This document shows, piece by piece, positions 25,330-35,099 of a stretch of 64,000 bases of DNA. Positions within the stretch are counted from its first letter, which is position 1. Each line of letters starts with the position of its first letter. Source of the stretch: Eubacteriales bacterium (GTDB lineage: Bacteria > Bacillota > Clostridia > Oscillospirales > CAG-272); the NCBI GenBank assembly GCA_045660185.1, contig JAZRDI010000058.1, forward strand, positions 8,385-72,384. Direction: 5' to 3'. The translations under genes and the position numbers were made by a program. The notes under the pieces were generated by a model. It was not told the DNA's origin and searched no databases. It saw nothing but the letters and a program-made list of their open reading frames with translations.

Positions 25330-26139
25330 ATGAAGGATATAATTTTACCTAAGATAGTATCTATAGGAATATATAACTCACGTCTTGCTGTAAAAAACAA
25401 GACTGTTTCTAAAAACAGAAAGACAACGATGTTCGAGCTTGAGCTTCCGATTGAGAATAGTGGAATATCCTATATTAACGACTCGTGTCATACCATTTCA
25501 GATAACGTTGTAATTTGCGCAAAACCGGGTCAAATGCGGCATACGTTATTGCCGTTCAAGTGCTATTACATACACATGATGGTGAGCGAAGGGCAAATTT
25601 ATGACGTACTCTCCTCTCTCCCCGATTATATCGAGATACAGGATAAAAGCGAAATACGCGATATATTCTCTTTGATGTGTGAGCATTACGGTACGAATAA
25701 TCCCGAGAGCGAAATTCTTCTCCAAAGTCTTATTTTGAAGTTGATATATATTTTGAACAAGCATACCATACTCTTAAAATTCAAGCATACTCCCAAAGCA
25801 AACAATCAAAAGACTATAGAAGATATAATTTCATACATAAATAATAACCTTACTTCCGATTTGAGTCTTGAAAATCTTGCAAACAAAGCAAGCTTCAGCC
25901 CGATATATTTTCATAAGCTGTTTAAAGTTTCAACCGGAAAAAACTTACGCGAGTATATTGAGGAGCAAAGAATAAAAAAAGCAATTGAGCTTTTGATATC
26001 GACAAATTTAACGCTTACCGAGATTGCTTATGAGTGCGGTTTTTCATCTCAATCGTATTTCAGTTATGCGTTTAAAAAAAGAATGGGAGTCACTCCGCGA
26101 GAATATGCAAAGAGCATTATTGCTAAATATGAAATATAA
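25330..26139 (+). CDS. AraC-family transcriptional regulator divergent from the sugar-acid operon
   Basis: C-terminal EIAYECGFSSQSYFSYAFKK double HTH; AGGAG RBS. Confidence 0.92.
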   Translation: MKDIILPKIVSIGIYNSRLAVKNKTVSKNRKTTMFELELPIENSGISYINDSCHTISDNVVICAKPGQMRHTLLPFKCYYIHMMVSEGQIYDVLSSLPDYIEIQDKSEIRDIFSLMCEHYGTNNPESEILLQSLILKLIYILNKHTILLKFKHTPKANNQKTIEDIISYINNNLTSDLSLENLANKASFSPIYFHKLFKVSTGKNLREYIEEQRIKKAIELLISTNLTLTEIAYECGFSSQSYFSYAFKKRMGVTPREYAKSIIAKYEI

Positions 26140-26241
26140 TTTTAACAAAGTTCAATGGAACAATTAATGCTGTTAAAGACAAAAAATAAAGGTGAGAATA
26201 CCCCAAGAGGTACACTCACCTTTTATTTCATAAGTCATAAA

Positions 26242-26418
26242 TTACTTATATTTGCGCTTTCTTGCAGCCTCAGACTTCTTCTTGCGCTTTACGCTGGGCT
26301 TCTCATAATGCTCTCTCTTACGGAGCTCGGAAAGAACACCGGACTTAACGCACTGTCTCTTAAAACGACGAAGTGCGCTGTCAAGAGTTTCATTCTCTTT
26401 TACTCTAATCTCTGCCAT
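26242..26418 (-). CDS. rpsU: 30S ribosomal protein S21
   Basis: [22 protein letters not shown]...[14 protein letters not shown]. Confidence 0.97.
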   Translation of the reverse strand: MAEIRVKENETLDSALRRFKRQCVKSGVLSELRKREHYEKPSVKRKKKSEAARKRKYK

Positions 26419-26564
26419 CTCTATTTCCCCTCCCTTCGCTTTGCAAAGAGATAATAATCTCATAAATTTACTTAAATATTATAAAGGATAAAAACACTTT
26501 TGTCAATACGTTTTTTACAAAAATATGAAAAAGTTTTCAAAAATCCTATATAAGCTCTGTGTTT

Positions 26565-27416
26565 TTAGTTTTGAACGCTGTTTTTTGCCGCGAAAACGGT
26601 GTTTTGCATAAGCATTGATATAGTCATAGGACCAACTCCGCCGGGTACGGGGGTTATAAGCGATGCAATTTTTGATACTCCCTCAAACTCAACGTCACCC
26701 TTAAGCTTGCCGTCGGGCATACGGTTTATGCCTACGTCTATGACCACTGCACCGTCTTTAACCATATCGGCGGTTACGAACTCTGCCTTTCCGATAGCTA
26801 CTACGAGAATATCGGCTCTTTTTGTAACCTCGGGGAGATTTTGCGTCTTTGAGTGACAGACGGTAACGGTACCGCTCGCGTTAAGCATAAGAAGCGCCAT
26901 AGGCTTGCCTACGATATTGCTTCTGCCGATTATAACGCATTCCTTGCCCTGAATATCAATGTTGTAATATTCAAGCAGCTTCATAATTCCCGCGGGGGTA
27001 CAAGGCAAGAACGTGTACTTCCCTTCAACTATCCTGCCAACGCTATCGTGTGTGAAGGCGTCAACGTCTTTTTTTTGAGATATTCTTTCTATAACTTTTT
27101 TTTCGCTGATATGCTTTGGAAGCGGAAGCTGAACGAGAATTCCGTGAACGCTCGTATCGTTATTAAGCTCGTCAATTTTTGAAAGCAGAGCTTCTTCTTC
27201 GGTTTCCTCCGGCATAGTTATCTGAATGGGCGTTATTCCTGTTTCGATGCAAGCCTTTTGCTTATTCTTAACATATACTGCCGATGCAGGGTCGTTTCCA
27301 ACAAGTATAACCGCTAAAGCGGGCGAAATTCCCTCACCCTTGAGAGCTTCAACTTCTTTGGCAACGGCTGCGCGTACAGCTTGAGAAACGAGTTTTCCGT
27401 CGATTATATTTCCCAT
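26565..27416 (-). CDS. folD: Methylenetetrahydrofolate dehydrogenase/cyclohydrolase
   Basis: VQLPLP, PCTPAG, GRSNIVGKP, PVPGGVGPMT. Confidence 0.97.
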   Translation of the reverse strand: MGNIIDGKLVSQAVRAAVAKEVEALKGEGISPALAVILVGNDPASAVYVKNKQKACIETGITPIQITMPEETEEEALLSKIDELNNDTSVHGILVQLPLPKHISEKKVIERISQKKDVDAFTHDSVGRIVEGKYTFLPCTPAGIMKLLEYYNIDIQGKECVIIGRSNIVGKPMALLMLNASGTVTVCHSKTQNLPEVTKRADILVVAIGKAEFVTADMVKDGAVVIDVGINRMPDGKLKGDVEFEGVSKIASLITPVPGGVGPMTISMLMQNTVFAAKNSVQN

Positions 27417-27437
27417 ACGAAAAGTCCCTTCGTAATA

Positions 27438-28295
27438 TTATTTTGTGGTTGCCTCTTTCTGTTCTTTTACGTAAAGCGCTTTGTTAGGCTTCTTGATTTG
27501 GAAGTATATAAGTAGCGAAAGGCACGCGGTGAATATGAGGGCGGCAAGAACCTGTGAGGTTCTGAATTCCCAACCGAATAAATTGGTGTATAAGCTATCG
27601 GCGCGCAAGCCCTCGATAAGCATTCTTCCAAGTCCGTACCATCCGAAAACTAAAAGGAATATTTGACCGTCATATTTTTTATGCTTATAGAAGACGTTTA
27701 TAAGAATGAATCCTACGATGTTCCAAAGCGATTCGTAAAGGAAGGTTGGATGAACGTAAGTCATCGTGTTATGAGTTAAATAGTTGGATACGCCCATACG
27801 GCAGAAAATTTCCGTTTCCGAGCCGAAGGCTTCACCGTTCATAAAGTTGCCCCATCTGCCGATTGACTGCGCGAGAATGATTCCGGGAGTGCAACAATCC
27901 GCAAAGGCAAAGAAGTTGATTTTCTTAATGTATGAAACTGTAAATACGGTAATCGCGCCGGCGATTATTCCGCCGTATATGGCAAGACCGCCTTCTCTTA
28001 TATTTAAGACGTCTCCTAAAGAGTTATAATTCTCTATCTCTGCAAGAACGTAATAAACTCTTGCGCCGATGATTCCAATCGGAATTGCGAAAATAACGAA
28101 ATCAAGAACGTCATCAAGAACGATTCCTATCTTGCCCGCGCGAAATACGGTATAAGCTACCGCGCATACCATACCGCAGGTAATGATTAAAGCGTACCAA
28201 GCGATTGAAATGCCGAATATAGTGAAAGCATCGCTGTTGACCGCGAATTCGCCGATTCCCAATCCGGGGAATGAAAGCTTCGAAATTCTTAACAT
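27438..28295 (-). CDS. lgt: Prolipoprotein diacylglyceryl transferase
   Basis: GGLAIYGG, IGRWGNFMNGE, HPTFLYES. Confidence 0.95.
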   Translation of the reverse strand: MLRISKLSFPGLGIGEFAVNSDAFTIFGISIAWYALIITCGMVCAVAYTVFRAGKIGIVLDDVLDFVIFAIPIGIIGARVYYVLAEIENYNSLGDVLNIREGGLAIYGGIIAGAITVFTVSYIKKINFFAFADCCTPGIILAQSIGRWGNFMNGEAFGSETEIFCRMGVSNYLTHNTMTYVHPTFLYESLWNIVGFILINVFYKHKKYDGQIFLLVFGWYGLGRMLIEGLRADSLYTNLFGWEFRTSQVLAALIFTACLSLLIYFQIKKPNKALYVKEQKEATTK

Positions 28296-28337
28296 TCGAT
28301 AGTCTCCTTTTTAATGTATTGTGAAAAAGACTCACTT

Positions 28338-28754
28338 CTATACAGTGTATCTTTTGTTGAGAACGTCGGATATAGTGATATTCTGTAGCTTTGAAGCAAG
28401 TTCTATGCTGATTTTATCGAAAATATGATGGTATACGCAAGCCATTTTGTCTGCATTCAAGGCGCAGGATTCACCGTTGCCAAGACATCTGACTATAGCT
28501 ATAGGACCGTCAATAAGCTCGATAACCTCCTTTAAGGTTATTTCATCGGGCGTTTTTTTAAGCTTATATCCGCCCTTTGAGCCTTTATATGATATTACGA
28601 GATTACCTTGAACGAGCTTGTGTAAAATTTTAAGCGCAAAGCGCGGAGTAACCGAGGTTTTCTCGGAAAGAGTCGTTGCATCAACAACATCGTCGTTTAA
28701 TGCCAAGGCGCTTATTATTCTCAAAGCATAATCCGATTCCAAAGTTATTCTCAT
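28338..28754 (-). CDS. Rrf2-family transcriptional regulator with three C-terminal Cys
   Basis: DYALR, SYKGSKGGYKL and IELIDG motifs; C-x6-C-x8-C. Confidence 0.9.
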   Translation of the reverse strand: MRITLESDYALRIISALALNDDVVDATTLSEKTSVTPRFALKILHKLVQGNLVISYKGSKGGYKLKKTPDEITLKEVIELIDGPIAIVRCLGNGESCALNADKMACVYHHIFDKISIELASKLQNITISDVLNKRYTV

Positions 28755-28809
28755 AATACCTCCGAGGATGCGAAGGGCTACCCATTAATATCGGGCAGCC
28801 CGCATGCAG

Positions 28810-29931
28810 TTAATTTTTTTTATTGCTATTGTAAGCATCGAGCTTTGCGTGAATCTTCTTCGACTGATCAAGAAGGTGGCTAATAGTGCGATCATGGTTA
28901 AGAGTATCAACGATATACGCAACGTATTTGCACATATTAACCTCTCCGTACCATTCTCTTGCAAGAAGCTCGGGAGTTCTGTAAACAAGGTTTGTAGTGA
29001 ATATTTTTGTGAATATTCCCTCTTCGTAAGCCTTATCCATATTCTCGAGTCCGTTGCAGAACAAGCCGAAGCTTGCGAATACGAATATACGCTTTGCACC
29101 CTTTTCCTTAAGCTGCTTTGCAACGTCTATAACGGAGTCACCTGAAGAAATCATATCGTCAATTACGATAACGTCTTTTCCTGCAACGTCGCGTCCGAGA
29201 TATTCGTGAGCAACGATAGGATTCTTACCGTTAATAATGACGGAGTAATCACGGCGCTTGTAGAACGTACCAAGGTCAATTCCCATAACCGAAGAATAGT
29301 ACATGCACTTTGCCATACCGCCCTCATCGGGAGATATAATCATAAGCTTTTCGGGATCTATTTCAATATCATCGTATGTATTAAGGAGAGCTTTTATCAT
29401 CTGATAAGATGTACGAACATTTTCAAATCCGCTGAGCGGGATTGCATTCTGAACTCTGGGGTCGTGCGCATCAAACGTAATGATGTTGGTAACACCCATA
29501 TTTACAAGTTCCTGAAGAGCAAGAGCGCAGTCAAGAGATTCTCTGCTTGAACGCTTGTGCTGTCTTCCTTCATAAAGCATAGGCATAATAACGCTGATTC
29601 TGCGAGCCTTACCGCCAATTGCGCCGATTATACGCTTAAGATCCTGGAAATGATCATCGGGTGACATAGGAACTGTCATACCATACATATTGTATGTTAC
29701 ACCGTGGTTGAAAACGTCACAAATAATGTAAACGTCATTTCCGCGAAGAGATTGATGGAGCGCTCCCTTTGCTTCTCCACTGCCAAATCTGGGGCAAGAA
29801 GAATTTACAAGATAGGAAACGTCCTGATCGTGACTGCGCCAATCCTTGAGGTAAGAATCAACCTGCGCTGAAAAGTCTTCGCATCCTTTCATACCGATTA
29901 CGCTTAATTCGCCGTACAAACTGTCCTTCAT
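28810..29931 (-). CDS. prs: Ribose-phosphate pyrophosphokinase
   Basis: RFGSGE, ISPDEGG and VIDDMISSG; start at MKDSLYG. Confidence 0.92.
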   Translation of the reverse strand: MKDSLYGELSVIGMKGCEDFSAQVDSYLKDWRSHDQDVSYLVNSSCPRFGSGEAKGALHQSLRGNDVYIICDVFNHGVTYNMYGMTVPMSPDDHFQDLKRIIGAIGGKARRISVIMPMLYEGRQHKRSSRESLDCALALQELVNMGVTNIITFDAHDPRVQNAIPLSGFENVRTSYQMIKALLNTYDDIEIDPEKLMIISPDEGGMAKCMYYSSVMGIDLGTFYKRRDYSVIINGKNPIVAHEYLGRDVAGKDVIVIDDMISSGDSVIDVAKQLKEKGAKRIFVFASFGLFCNGLENMDKAYEEGIFTKIFTTNLVYRTPELLAREWYGEVNMCKYVAYIVDTLNHDRTISHLLDQSKKIHAKLDAYNSNKKN

Positions 29932-30159
29932 ACTTAACACTCCAAAAAATATATTTGCATACTCATGTAATATCAGTATCATTAAAGTGAATATGACATA
30001 TGATATTTCATAGCGACGGTATGCACTTCACAATAATTATATACTAATTATTAATAGTTGTCAAGAGGTAAAAAAACGAAAAGAAAAAAATCGCAAATTG
30101 TTTAAATGCTTGGATAAAAGTAAAAGAATGTTATCAATTATCAACAATAAGGAGATATT

Positions 30160-30570
30160 ATGAAATACGATTCGCAAGGTTTTATTCAAATCAGCGCATA
30201 TACTGCGGGAGGAGCGTTGCCCGTGCCTGACGTAAACGTCAGAATAAGCGGAAACGAAGAAGGTAACGCAGGTATTGAATATTCGGTCAAGACGGACAGA
30301 AATGGTCTAACGGAAGTAATAGCATTACCTACGCCGCCCGCCTCATACTCTCTCTATCCGAATCCCGAGGAGCAACCGTATGCCAAATACGACGTTCAAG
30401 CTTCACTACAAGGTTTTTACCCAAAAACCATCTATGACGTTTCAGTGTTTGCAGGCATAAAATCCATTTTACCTCTTGAAATGATTCCAAATGCGGGACT
30501 TACGAAAAACGCTCCGTCGCCTACTTCAAGTAATATTTCGATAATAACAGAAAACGAGGATCTGCAATAA
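30160..30570 (+). CDS. Stand-alone beta-sandwich domain resembling the N-terminal region of SleC-type enzymes
   Basis: KTDRNGLTEVIALPTPP...PYAKYDV...GF; stop overlaps the next start (TAATG). Confidence 0.65.
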   Translation: MKYDSQGFIQISAYTAGGALPVPDVNVRISGNEEGNAGIEYSVKTDRNGLTEVIALPTPPASYSLYPNPEEQPYAKYDVQASLQGFYPKTIYDVSVFAGIKSILPLEMIPNAGLTKNAPSPTSSNISIITENEDLQ

Positions 30571-31964
30571 TGCCCAATCCAACTATACCCGAAAATATAA
30601 CGGTTCATCTTGGTTCGCCTAATGAGAATGCGGAAAACGTAACCGTTCCGTTTCCCGATTACATAAAGAGCGTGGCTTCAAGTGAAATCTATCCGGGATG
30701 GCCAACCGAAGCCTTGAAGGCTAATATTCTTGCTCAAATCTCGGTTGCTCTAAACAGAGTCTATACAGAGTACTACAGAAGCCAAGGAAAGCCGTTTGAT
30801 ATAACCTCAAGCACGGCTTATGATCAATCATTCGTTTATCAAAGAGATATATACGAAAATATATCCGAGCTTGTTGATGAGATTTTTAACGATTACATTC
30901 GGCGCGACGGATTTATTGAGCCTCTTTTCGCAACGTTTTGTGACGGGGTTGAGGTTTCTTGTAACGGACTTTCCCAATGGGGCTCGGTAACGCTTGCCAA
31001 CGAAGGAAAAAGCGCTTTGCAAATACTTCAAAATTACTATGGGAACGACGTTGAAATAGTTTATGACGCGCCGGTGAAAAGCATAGGTTTGTCAGCTCCG
31101 AGCGTACCGCTTCGAGAGGGAGATACCGGAAGGGACATCGAGAGCATACAGATACGCCTAAACAGAATATCGGCTAATTATCCCGGAATTCCTAAAATCC
31201 CGAAAATTGACGGATTTTTCGGACCTGAAACCACCGATGCGGTAATCGAATTTCAAAAGGTTTTCGGGCTTCAAGCCGACGGAATAATAGGAAAATCGAC
31301 CTGGTATAAAATTCAGTATATCTATAACGCCGTTAAAAGACTTTACGAGGTAAATTCCGAGGGGCTTGCTTATAGCGATATTCCCGGAAAGTACCCCGGA
31401 AGCTTAGAGCTTGGCTCTTCGGGAAGCGGAGTGCTTATATTACAGTACTATATTGAATACATTTCCCTTTTCGTTCCAACCGTTCAAAGCGTTATTCCTG
31501 ACGGAGCCTTTGGCCAAGAAACGCAAAACGCGGTAATATCATTTCAAAAAACGTACGGACTTGAACAGACGGGAGTTGTGGACAGAGCTGTATGGAATTC
31601 AATACAAAGCACATATTACAATATCCTCTCCGGCGTTAACTATGAATTTAGCGAGGGCGTTGCTTTGCCTTATCCCGGGCGTGTTTTGTTATTGGGGACG
31701 GAAGGAGAAGACGTAAGAGCCTTACAAGAATATCTCAATTATATAAGCAACGTTTATACAGAGATACCTAAAATCACAGTTGACGGTTCGTTCGGCGAGG
31801 AAACCGAACGTGCGGTTATAGCGTTTAACAGGCGCTTCGAGATACCCGGAGATGAATCACGCGTCACAGCGCAGGGGTGGCGAGCATTGACTGATATATA
31901 CGAGGATTTGTATATAGGAAGCTACGTGCGAGAGGGACAGTATCCCGGATATACGATAGAATAG
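30570..31964 (+). CDS. sleC: SleC-like spore cortex-lytic enzyme with three peptidoglycan-binding domains
   Basis: IPENITVHLG, DYIKSVASSEIYPGWP, LNRVYTEYY and LSQWGS motifs; three DG-x-FG-x-x-T...F repeats. Confidence 0.8.
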   Translation: MPNPTIPENITVHLGSPNENAENVTVPFPDYIKSVASSEIYPGWPTEALKANILAQISVALNRVYTEYYRSQGKPFDITSSTAYDQSFVYQRDIYENISELVDEIFNDYIRRDGFIEPLFATFCDGVEVSCNGLSQWGSVTLANEGKSALQILQNYYGNDVEIVYDAPVKSIGLSAPSVPLREGDTGRDIESIQIRLNRISANYPGIPKIPKIDGFFGPETTDAVIEFQKVFGLQADGIIGKSTWYKIQYIYNAVKRLYEVNSEGLAYSDIPGKYPGSLELGSSGSGVLILQYYIEYISLFVPTVQSVIPDGAFGQETQNAVISFQKTYGLEQTGVVDRAVWNSIQSTYYNILSGVNYEFSEGVALPYPGRVLLLGTEGEDVRALQEYLNYISNVYTEIPKITVDGSFGEETERAVIAFNRRFEIPGDESRVTAQGWRALTDIYEDLYIGSYVREGQYPGYTIE

Positions 31965-31973
31965 GAGAAACAT

Positions 31974-32495
31974 ATGTATTCGCTTGATGATAAAAGTTCA
32001 GCAATTCGAGAGGTTCAGCAATTTCTGTTCGTTATCGGGCAAAGGCTTGATATTCCCCATTTGAGTATTGACGGCTATTATGATGAAGAAACGTTCAAGG
32101 CGGTGCGTGCATTTCAACGGATTAATAAGTTAGAGCCTAACGGCGCGGTTGACAGAGAAACCTTCGACATGATTTACAAAGAATATCTCAAGACTCAATC
32201 GGAATTAAACAAGGAAAGCGTGAAATTTGATGTAACTGAATTTCCTCTTGAACTCGGAGATAACGGAAATGGAGTATCGTACTTAAACGCTTTAATACGC
32301 GAGCTATCGGTTTTTTATAAGAATTTACCCACTCCGTTGGGAACCTTTTATTCCGCCATAACCGAAAGTGCGGTGAAAATGCTCCAAAGCTATTTCCGTA
32401 CTGAAGAAAACGGAAAAACAACCTTCGAGCTATTAGAAAGAATAGAAAACGAGGCAATTGAGCGTCAAAAATTTGCAAAGCATAATATAACTTGA
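31974..32495 (+). CDS. Peptidoglycan-binding domain protein
   Basis: Two PG_binding_1-like repeats (DGYYDEETFKAVRAFQ; FYSAITESAVKMLQ). Confidence 0.75.
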   Translation: MYSLDDKSSAIREVQQFLFVIGQRLDIPHLSIDGYYDEETFKAVRAFQRINKLEPNGAVDRETFDMIYKEYLKTQSELNKESVKFDVTEFPLELGDNGNGVSYLNALIRELSVFYKNLPTPLGTFYSAITESAVKMLQSYFRTEENGKTTFELLERIENEAIERQKFAKHNIT

Positions 32496-32564
32496 TTTTT
32501 TTGGCAAAAATAGATTGGCGGATTATTTAAGTCCGCTTGAAGAATAACGGTTTGGGAGAAAATA

Positions 32565-34973
32565 ATGAGTAACAGATTTACGGAAAAGGCAGAAAAGGTA
32601 CTCGATAATTCGGTAAAAACGGCAGAAGAGTACGGTCATACTTATATAGGTAGCGAGCATTTGCTTATATCGCTTTGTAAGGACTCATTATCATGCTCCT
32701 TCGCTATACTTTCAAAATGCGGAGTCGATAAAGTGAAGGTTGATGCGGGAATAAAGGAATATTCCGGTATGGGCGCAAAAACACGCTTGACATCGAAGGA
32801 TATGACTCCTAGTTGTAGAAAAATCATAGAAAACTCTTATAAAATCGCGCTTAAATATTCATCGCAGAAAATAGGAACGGAGCATATTTTGTTGGCACTC
32901 ATAGAGCAAAAGGATGCCGTTGCTAATAAAATACTCGAATATATAGGCGTTGACGTTTTTACTCTTAAGGATGAGGTGGTAACGTTTTTGCGCTCTACCG
33001 ACAAGAGTGTCTCGCAGAATAAAAAGACTGCGGAATCCCTGCCTTTTTTAAATCAGTATGGAAAGAATTTAGTCCGCATGGCTAAAGAAAACAGAATTGA
33101 TCCTGTGATAGGACGCGATAAAGAAACCGAAAGACTTATACGGATACTTTCGAGAAGAAGCAAAAACAATCCATGCCTTATCGGAGAGGCGGGCGTTGGA
33201 AAAACCGCTATAATAGAAGGATTGGCAAGAAGAATAGCTGACGGCAGGGTGCCAACGAATTTAATTGATAAAATCATATTTTCGGTTGATTTGACATCAA
33301 TGGTGGCGGGTGCAAAGTATAGAGGTGATTTTGAAGAAAGAATAAAATCCATAATTGCCGAGGCTTCAAAAAACGGCTCTGTGATACTCTTCATTGATGA
33401 GATACACACTATAGTAGGCGCAGGCTCTGCGGAAGGTGCGATTGATGCCGCGAATATTTTAAAGCCCGAGCTTGCGCGAAGCAATATACAGCTGATAGGA
33501 GCAACAACGCTTTCCGAATACCGAAAATACATCGAAAAAGACCCTGCGCTTGAAAGAAGATTTCAACCGCTTCTCGTCGAAGAAACGGATAAAAACGCGA
33601 CTCTTGATATTTTGATGAACTTAAAAGAAAAATATGAGAAGCATCATTTCGTTAAAATAAGCGAGGAGGCGCTTGTGATGGCGGTAAATCTTTCGGATAG
33701 ATATATACAAGACAGACGAATGCCGGATAAGGCGCTCGACGTAATAGACGAAGCTTGTGCTAAAATAAATGTGAAGTGTACTGACAATGAAAAAATCGCG
33801 GAAACGGAACAAAAGATAAGGCAGACTTTTGGAATGAAGGAAGACGCAGTTAAAAACAAGGACTTCAAATTAGCGGAAGATTTACACGAAATCGAGAATA
33901 ATTATCTAAAAGAGCTTTGTATGCTAAAGGATAGTGAACATAGCGAAAGACGCGAAAGGTGCGTAACACCTGATGATATAAAGGATATAATAACCGAAAT
34001 AACCGGAATTCCGATAAGAGATATTGGCGACGATGAAAGCTATGAAAAACTACACGCGTTGCTTTCCGAAAAAGTGCTTGGTCAAGAAAAAGCGGTTTCT
34101 CTTTTAACGTCTGCCGTATTGCGCAGTAAGGTTGGAATCAATGATCCTAACAGACCTAAAGGAATATTTTTATTTCTTGGTGAAAGCGGTGTTGGAAAGA
34201 CTGCACTCGGCTACGCGCTTGCAAACGCGATTTTTCCCGGAAAGGAATCACTCGTTAAGCTTGATATGTCAGAATTTGGTGAGAAGCACTCGGTTTCCAA
34301 ACTTATCGGCTCGCCTCCCGGTTACGTAGGCTATGACGAGGGTGGCGCATTGTGCGAGAAAATACGCAGACATCCGTATTCCGTAGTTCTTTTTGATGAA
34401 ATTGAAAAGGCTTCTTTAGAGGTTCAAAATCTATTGCTTCAAATCATGGACGATGGAATATTGACAGATTCTACGGGCAGGCGGGTAAGCTTTCGAAATA
34501 CATTCATTATAATGACGTCGAATATAGGGGCTGAAGGATTGGATAAAAACGGTAAACCCGGATTCGTTACTGCCAAAGAAGGCGTTAACACGGTTGCCGA
34601 AAAGCTTAAAAGTTTTATGAAACCGGAATTTATCAATCGAATAGACGAAATAATTCCATTTGCGCGCCTTAACAAAAAAACGTTATCTCAAATTGCAGAA
34701 AAAAAGCTCAGCGAGTTGCGCGACAGATTGAATCATATAGGTGTTTCGCTTGAATTCACATCTGACGTTTGCGATTATATTGCAGACAAAGGCGAAGAGG
34801 TTGGATTTGGAGCGCGCCCGATTTCAAGACTTATCGTTAATGAAATAGAAAATAAGCTTACAGATATACTTTTGAACAATAAATACGAAAACTTAAAGAT
34901 TTTTATTGACGTGAAAGTCGATTCGCTCATTTTTGAAAGCCGACATCAAGAGGTTGCGGTAAATAACTCGTGA
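32565..34973 (+). CDS. clpC: ATP-dependent Clp protease ATPase subunit, ClpC-like
   Basis: Clp_N repeats, two AAA modules (GEAGVGKT, GESGVGKT), PPGYVGY. Confidence 0.92.
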   Translation: MSNRFTEKAEKVLDNSVKTAEEYGHTYIGSEHLLISLCKDSLSCSFAILSKCGVDKVKVDAGIKEYSGMGAKTRLTSKDMTPSCRKIIENSYKIALKYSSQKIGTEHILLALIEQKDAVANKILEYIGVDVFTLKDEVVTFLRSTDKSVSQNKKTAESLPFLNQYGKNLVRMAKENRIDPVIGRDKETERLIRILSRRSKNNPCLIGEAGVGKTAIIEGLARRIADGRVPTNLIDKIIFSVDLTSMVAGAKYRGDFEERIKSIIAEASKNGSVILFIDEIHTIVGAGSAEGAIDAANILKPELARSNIQLIGATTLSEYRKYIEKDPALERRFQPLLVEETDKNATLDILMNLKEKYEKHHFVKISEEALVMAVNLSDRYIQDRRMPDKALDVIDEACAKINVKCTDNEKIAETEQKIRQTFGMKEDAVKNKDFKLAEDLHEIENNYLKELCMLKDSEHSERRERCVTPDDIKDIITEITGIPIRDIGDDESYEKLHALLSEKVLGQEKAVSLLTSAVLRSKVGINDPNRPKGIFLFLGESGVGKTALGYALANAIFPGKESLVKLDMSEFGEKHSVSKLIGSPPGYVGYDEGGALCEKIRRHPYSVVLFDEIEKASLEVQNLLLQIMDDGILTDSTGRRVSFRNTFIIMTSNIGAEGLDKNGKPGFVTAKEGVNTVAEKLKSFMKPEFINRIDEIIPFARLNKKTLSQIAEKKLSELRDRLNHIGVSLEFTSDVCDYIADKGEEVGFGARPISRLIVNEIENKLTDILLNNKYENLKIFIDVKVDSLIFESRHQEVAVNNS

Positions 34974-35099
34974 GAAAACGGAATAACTAAATGTGTTTTT
35001 TCATAAGTTCTAAATCTTTTCATATAGCAAAAAAACGGAAATGACAGCTAAACGCCTCATTTCCGTTTTCATTCTGTTTTTTTAGTTTGTATTTGCAAC

